Assembly: GCA_965178125.1 (NCBI GenBank)
Contig: OZ237735.1
Coordinates: forward strand, 1,984,001 to 2,048,000
Source of the DNA: Bilabrum cf. latius
Taxonomy: Eukaryota
Length of the DNA stretch: 64,000 bases
Direction of reading: 5' to 3'
Below the pieces are notes generated by a model. It was not told the origin of the DNA, searched no databases, and saw only the letters and a list, made by a program, of their open reading frames with translations. Shown here piece after piece: positions 62,401 to 64,000 of this stretch; position 1 is the stretch's first letter, and the number at the start of each line of letters is the position of its first letter. The position numbers and the translations under genes were made by a program.

Positions 62401-64000
62401 CGAGGTGGCTGCTGGCTGCCTCCACGCCACATCGATGTGTGTCAACGGTGCATGCTCGGCCTCCTCGGCTGTCATGGTGTCCGTAGGGCACCCGAGCAGC
62501 TCAGTCGCGTCGGTTTCCACCACCACAGCGGTCACCTGGGTTGGCGATTCAGGGGCGTTCGAAGGGATGGTCGGCGCTGGCTGGGCCACGGCGCTGAAAT
62601 TGCCCTGCCCGACGCCCTCACCAGCCACAGCTGCGATGCGGAAGTAGATCGGGCGGCCGGGCTCCAGACCGGATACGTCGTGGTAGAAGGTACGGTCCTC
62701 ATCCAGATCGCCATCGGGTGCCTCAGGGTCACCAATGAAGGGGATGGGAGTCAACGTGGCGTTGTTGGCACCCGAACCGGCCTGCGTCACCAGCGTGATC
62801 GTGTCTGTCGGCTCGCCATCCGCACCCGAAGCGAACGTAGTCGACAGGTCGTACTCAATCACGTAGGCGATGATGTCCCTGCCACCAGACCTCCTAGGTG
62901 CCCTCCACGTGACACGCACTTCGTCGCCGTACAGCACCTGCGCGGCCGGGTCCTAGGGAGTGGTCGGCTTGATGAAAGCAGGTGCCAGGCTGGAGGGCAT
63001 GCTGTACTCGTACTGCCTGTTCGACGTGGGCATGCCAGTGTGGGACACCATCTGGAACGGAACGGAGTTGCGGGCAAATACGCGAGCGAAGTAGCGAGTA
63101 CCGGTCGTCAGACCATCGATTACGAACGTGTACGGCGCCGCTCCGGCGAGGGCAGCCCCAGTCACAACCGCGGAACCAAGTGGCGTTCCGTCACCGCATG
63201 TGACCGCAGTCGTATTGGAACCGCTCGCAAACGTAGAAGCGGTGTCCCACTGCACGCAATACGATGTGATCGGGTCGCCACCGTCGCTGATAGGAGGCGA
63301 GAAGAACAGTTCTAGCTCCGTTCCAGAGAATATCTCGAGACGCACGTCTGTCGGCTTACCAGGAACTGATCGAGGCGTGGCTGGGAACACCACCGGCACA
63401 TCCGCCGACGGGGTCGTACCAATGGCATTCCTTGCCGACACGCGCACGTAGTACGCCTGGCCAGCGGTGAGGCCAGGGATGATCACGCACCTGTCGCACG
63501 AACGTTGCTGCACAGTGATCCGCGCGGTGCTGGCAGGGGTCAGCTAGTGCGAGTGGATGCGGATCGGCCGCGGCGGCCCGGACTTTCCGATGATGTCCAC
63601 GACGAACACGCGGCGTCGGTCCTGTGGGTCGGAAGCGCCAGTGTCAACAGTCACGGTTGCGGCCGAGACAGATGGCAGCGCCTCCAGAGCATCGCGAACC
63701 TCCTCAGCAGTCGCGTTCCAGGCGAGCGGCCTAGATACCGTGGCATCCGCTACTGCCTGCAGGCTCGCGGGCAAGTTGTCCAGAGACTCAGCCGGCACGT
63801 CGTCGATTGCGCCGGTGCCGCCAGTGCCACCGTATGCCAGCTCGAAGCCACCGCCCAGCGATGCGTTCACGTCCACGCCCTCAGGCACCTCAACCGTGAC
63901 GATCTGCCTGCCCAGCAGATAGTCGGCGTTGCTGTAGACAAGGGAGCCGTACGAAGACGTGCTGAAGCTCGAGGCAGTGTCCCACTCGACCAGGTACGAA
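59464..64000 (-). CDS. 3' part of a giant fibronectin type III repeat protein (5'-partial); 5 in-frame TAG in window
   Basis: Repeated FN3 units (P..P..V..L.V.W.PP.DGG..I..Y..EW..GL..G..YYVRV.A.N) interleaved with EVQ-starting modules. Six same-frame ORFs are joined at TAG 63544, 62953, 62386, 62146 and 60367; TGA at 59464. Confidence 0.9.

Noticed and set aside
1892-63546. In-frame TAGs as acceptor ends of tiny in-frame introns
   Set aside because: At the best-conserved sites (20651, 50783, 53075, 54882) the family alignment is gapless with exactly one residue at TAG. The real introns inferred here are about 85-335 nt with clear GT donors and CAG acceptors.
1099-64000. A field of pseudogenes with premature stops
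   Set aside because: The interruptions are exclusively TAG, with no TAA, TGA or frameshifts found. Catalytic motifs are intact and the TAGs are mostly shared between paralogues.
1099-64000. Pyrrolysine-type UAG recoding or a recoded phage/prokaryote
   Set aside because: The genes are eukaryotic and have spliceosomal introns. No pyl genes are visible, and the TAGs lie at ordinary surface or low-complexity positions in many unrelated proteins.

Overview
Gene-dense, GC-rich eukaryotic nuclear DNA with few, short GT-AG introns. The organism is probably a flagellated protist; a stramenopile such as a Cafeteria-like bicosoecid is only an inference. The main result is that TAG is a sense codon here while TAA and TGA remain stops. 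About 110 in-frame TAGs (hand count) split nearly every gene into same-frame ORF pieces, including inside conserved domains. None of my reconstructed genes has an internal TAA or TGA, and none ends at TAG. TAG probably encodes Gln, but Glu is a serious alternative. Read with this code, the window holds about 18 genes. From the 5' end these are eIF4A-III (partial), a GAF-GAF cyclic-nucleotide phosphodiesterase, a secreted TSP1-repeat protein, a TOM1-like VHS-GAT adaptor, a hypothetical protein, a VPS9 GEF, a small ORF, a uridine/purine phosphorylase, a p28/DNALI1-like protein and a basic hypothetical protein. Next come two ~3,500-3,700 aa secreted paralogues forming a head-to-head inverted duplication around a YdjC gene. 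The rest are a fatty acyl-AMP ligase-ACP fusion divergent from an SDR, two tandem divergent eIF4A-like helicases and the 3' end of a giant FN3 protein. All exon models and family calls are by eye, not from database searches.
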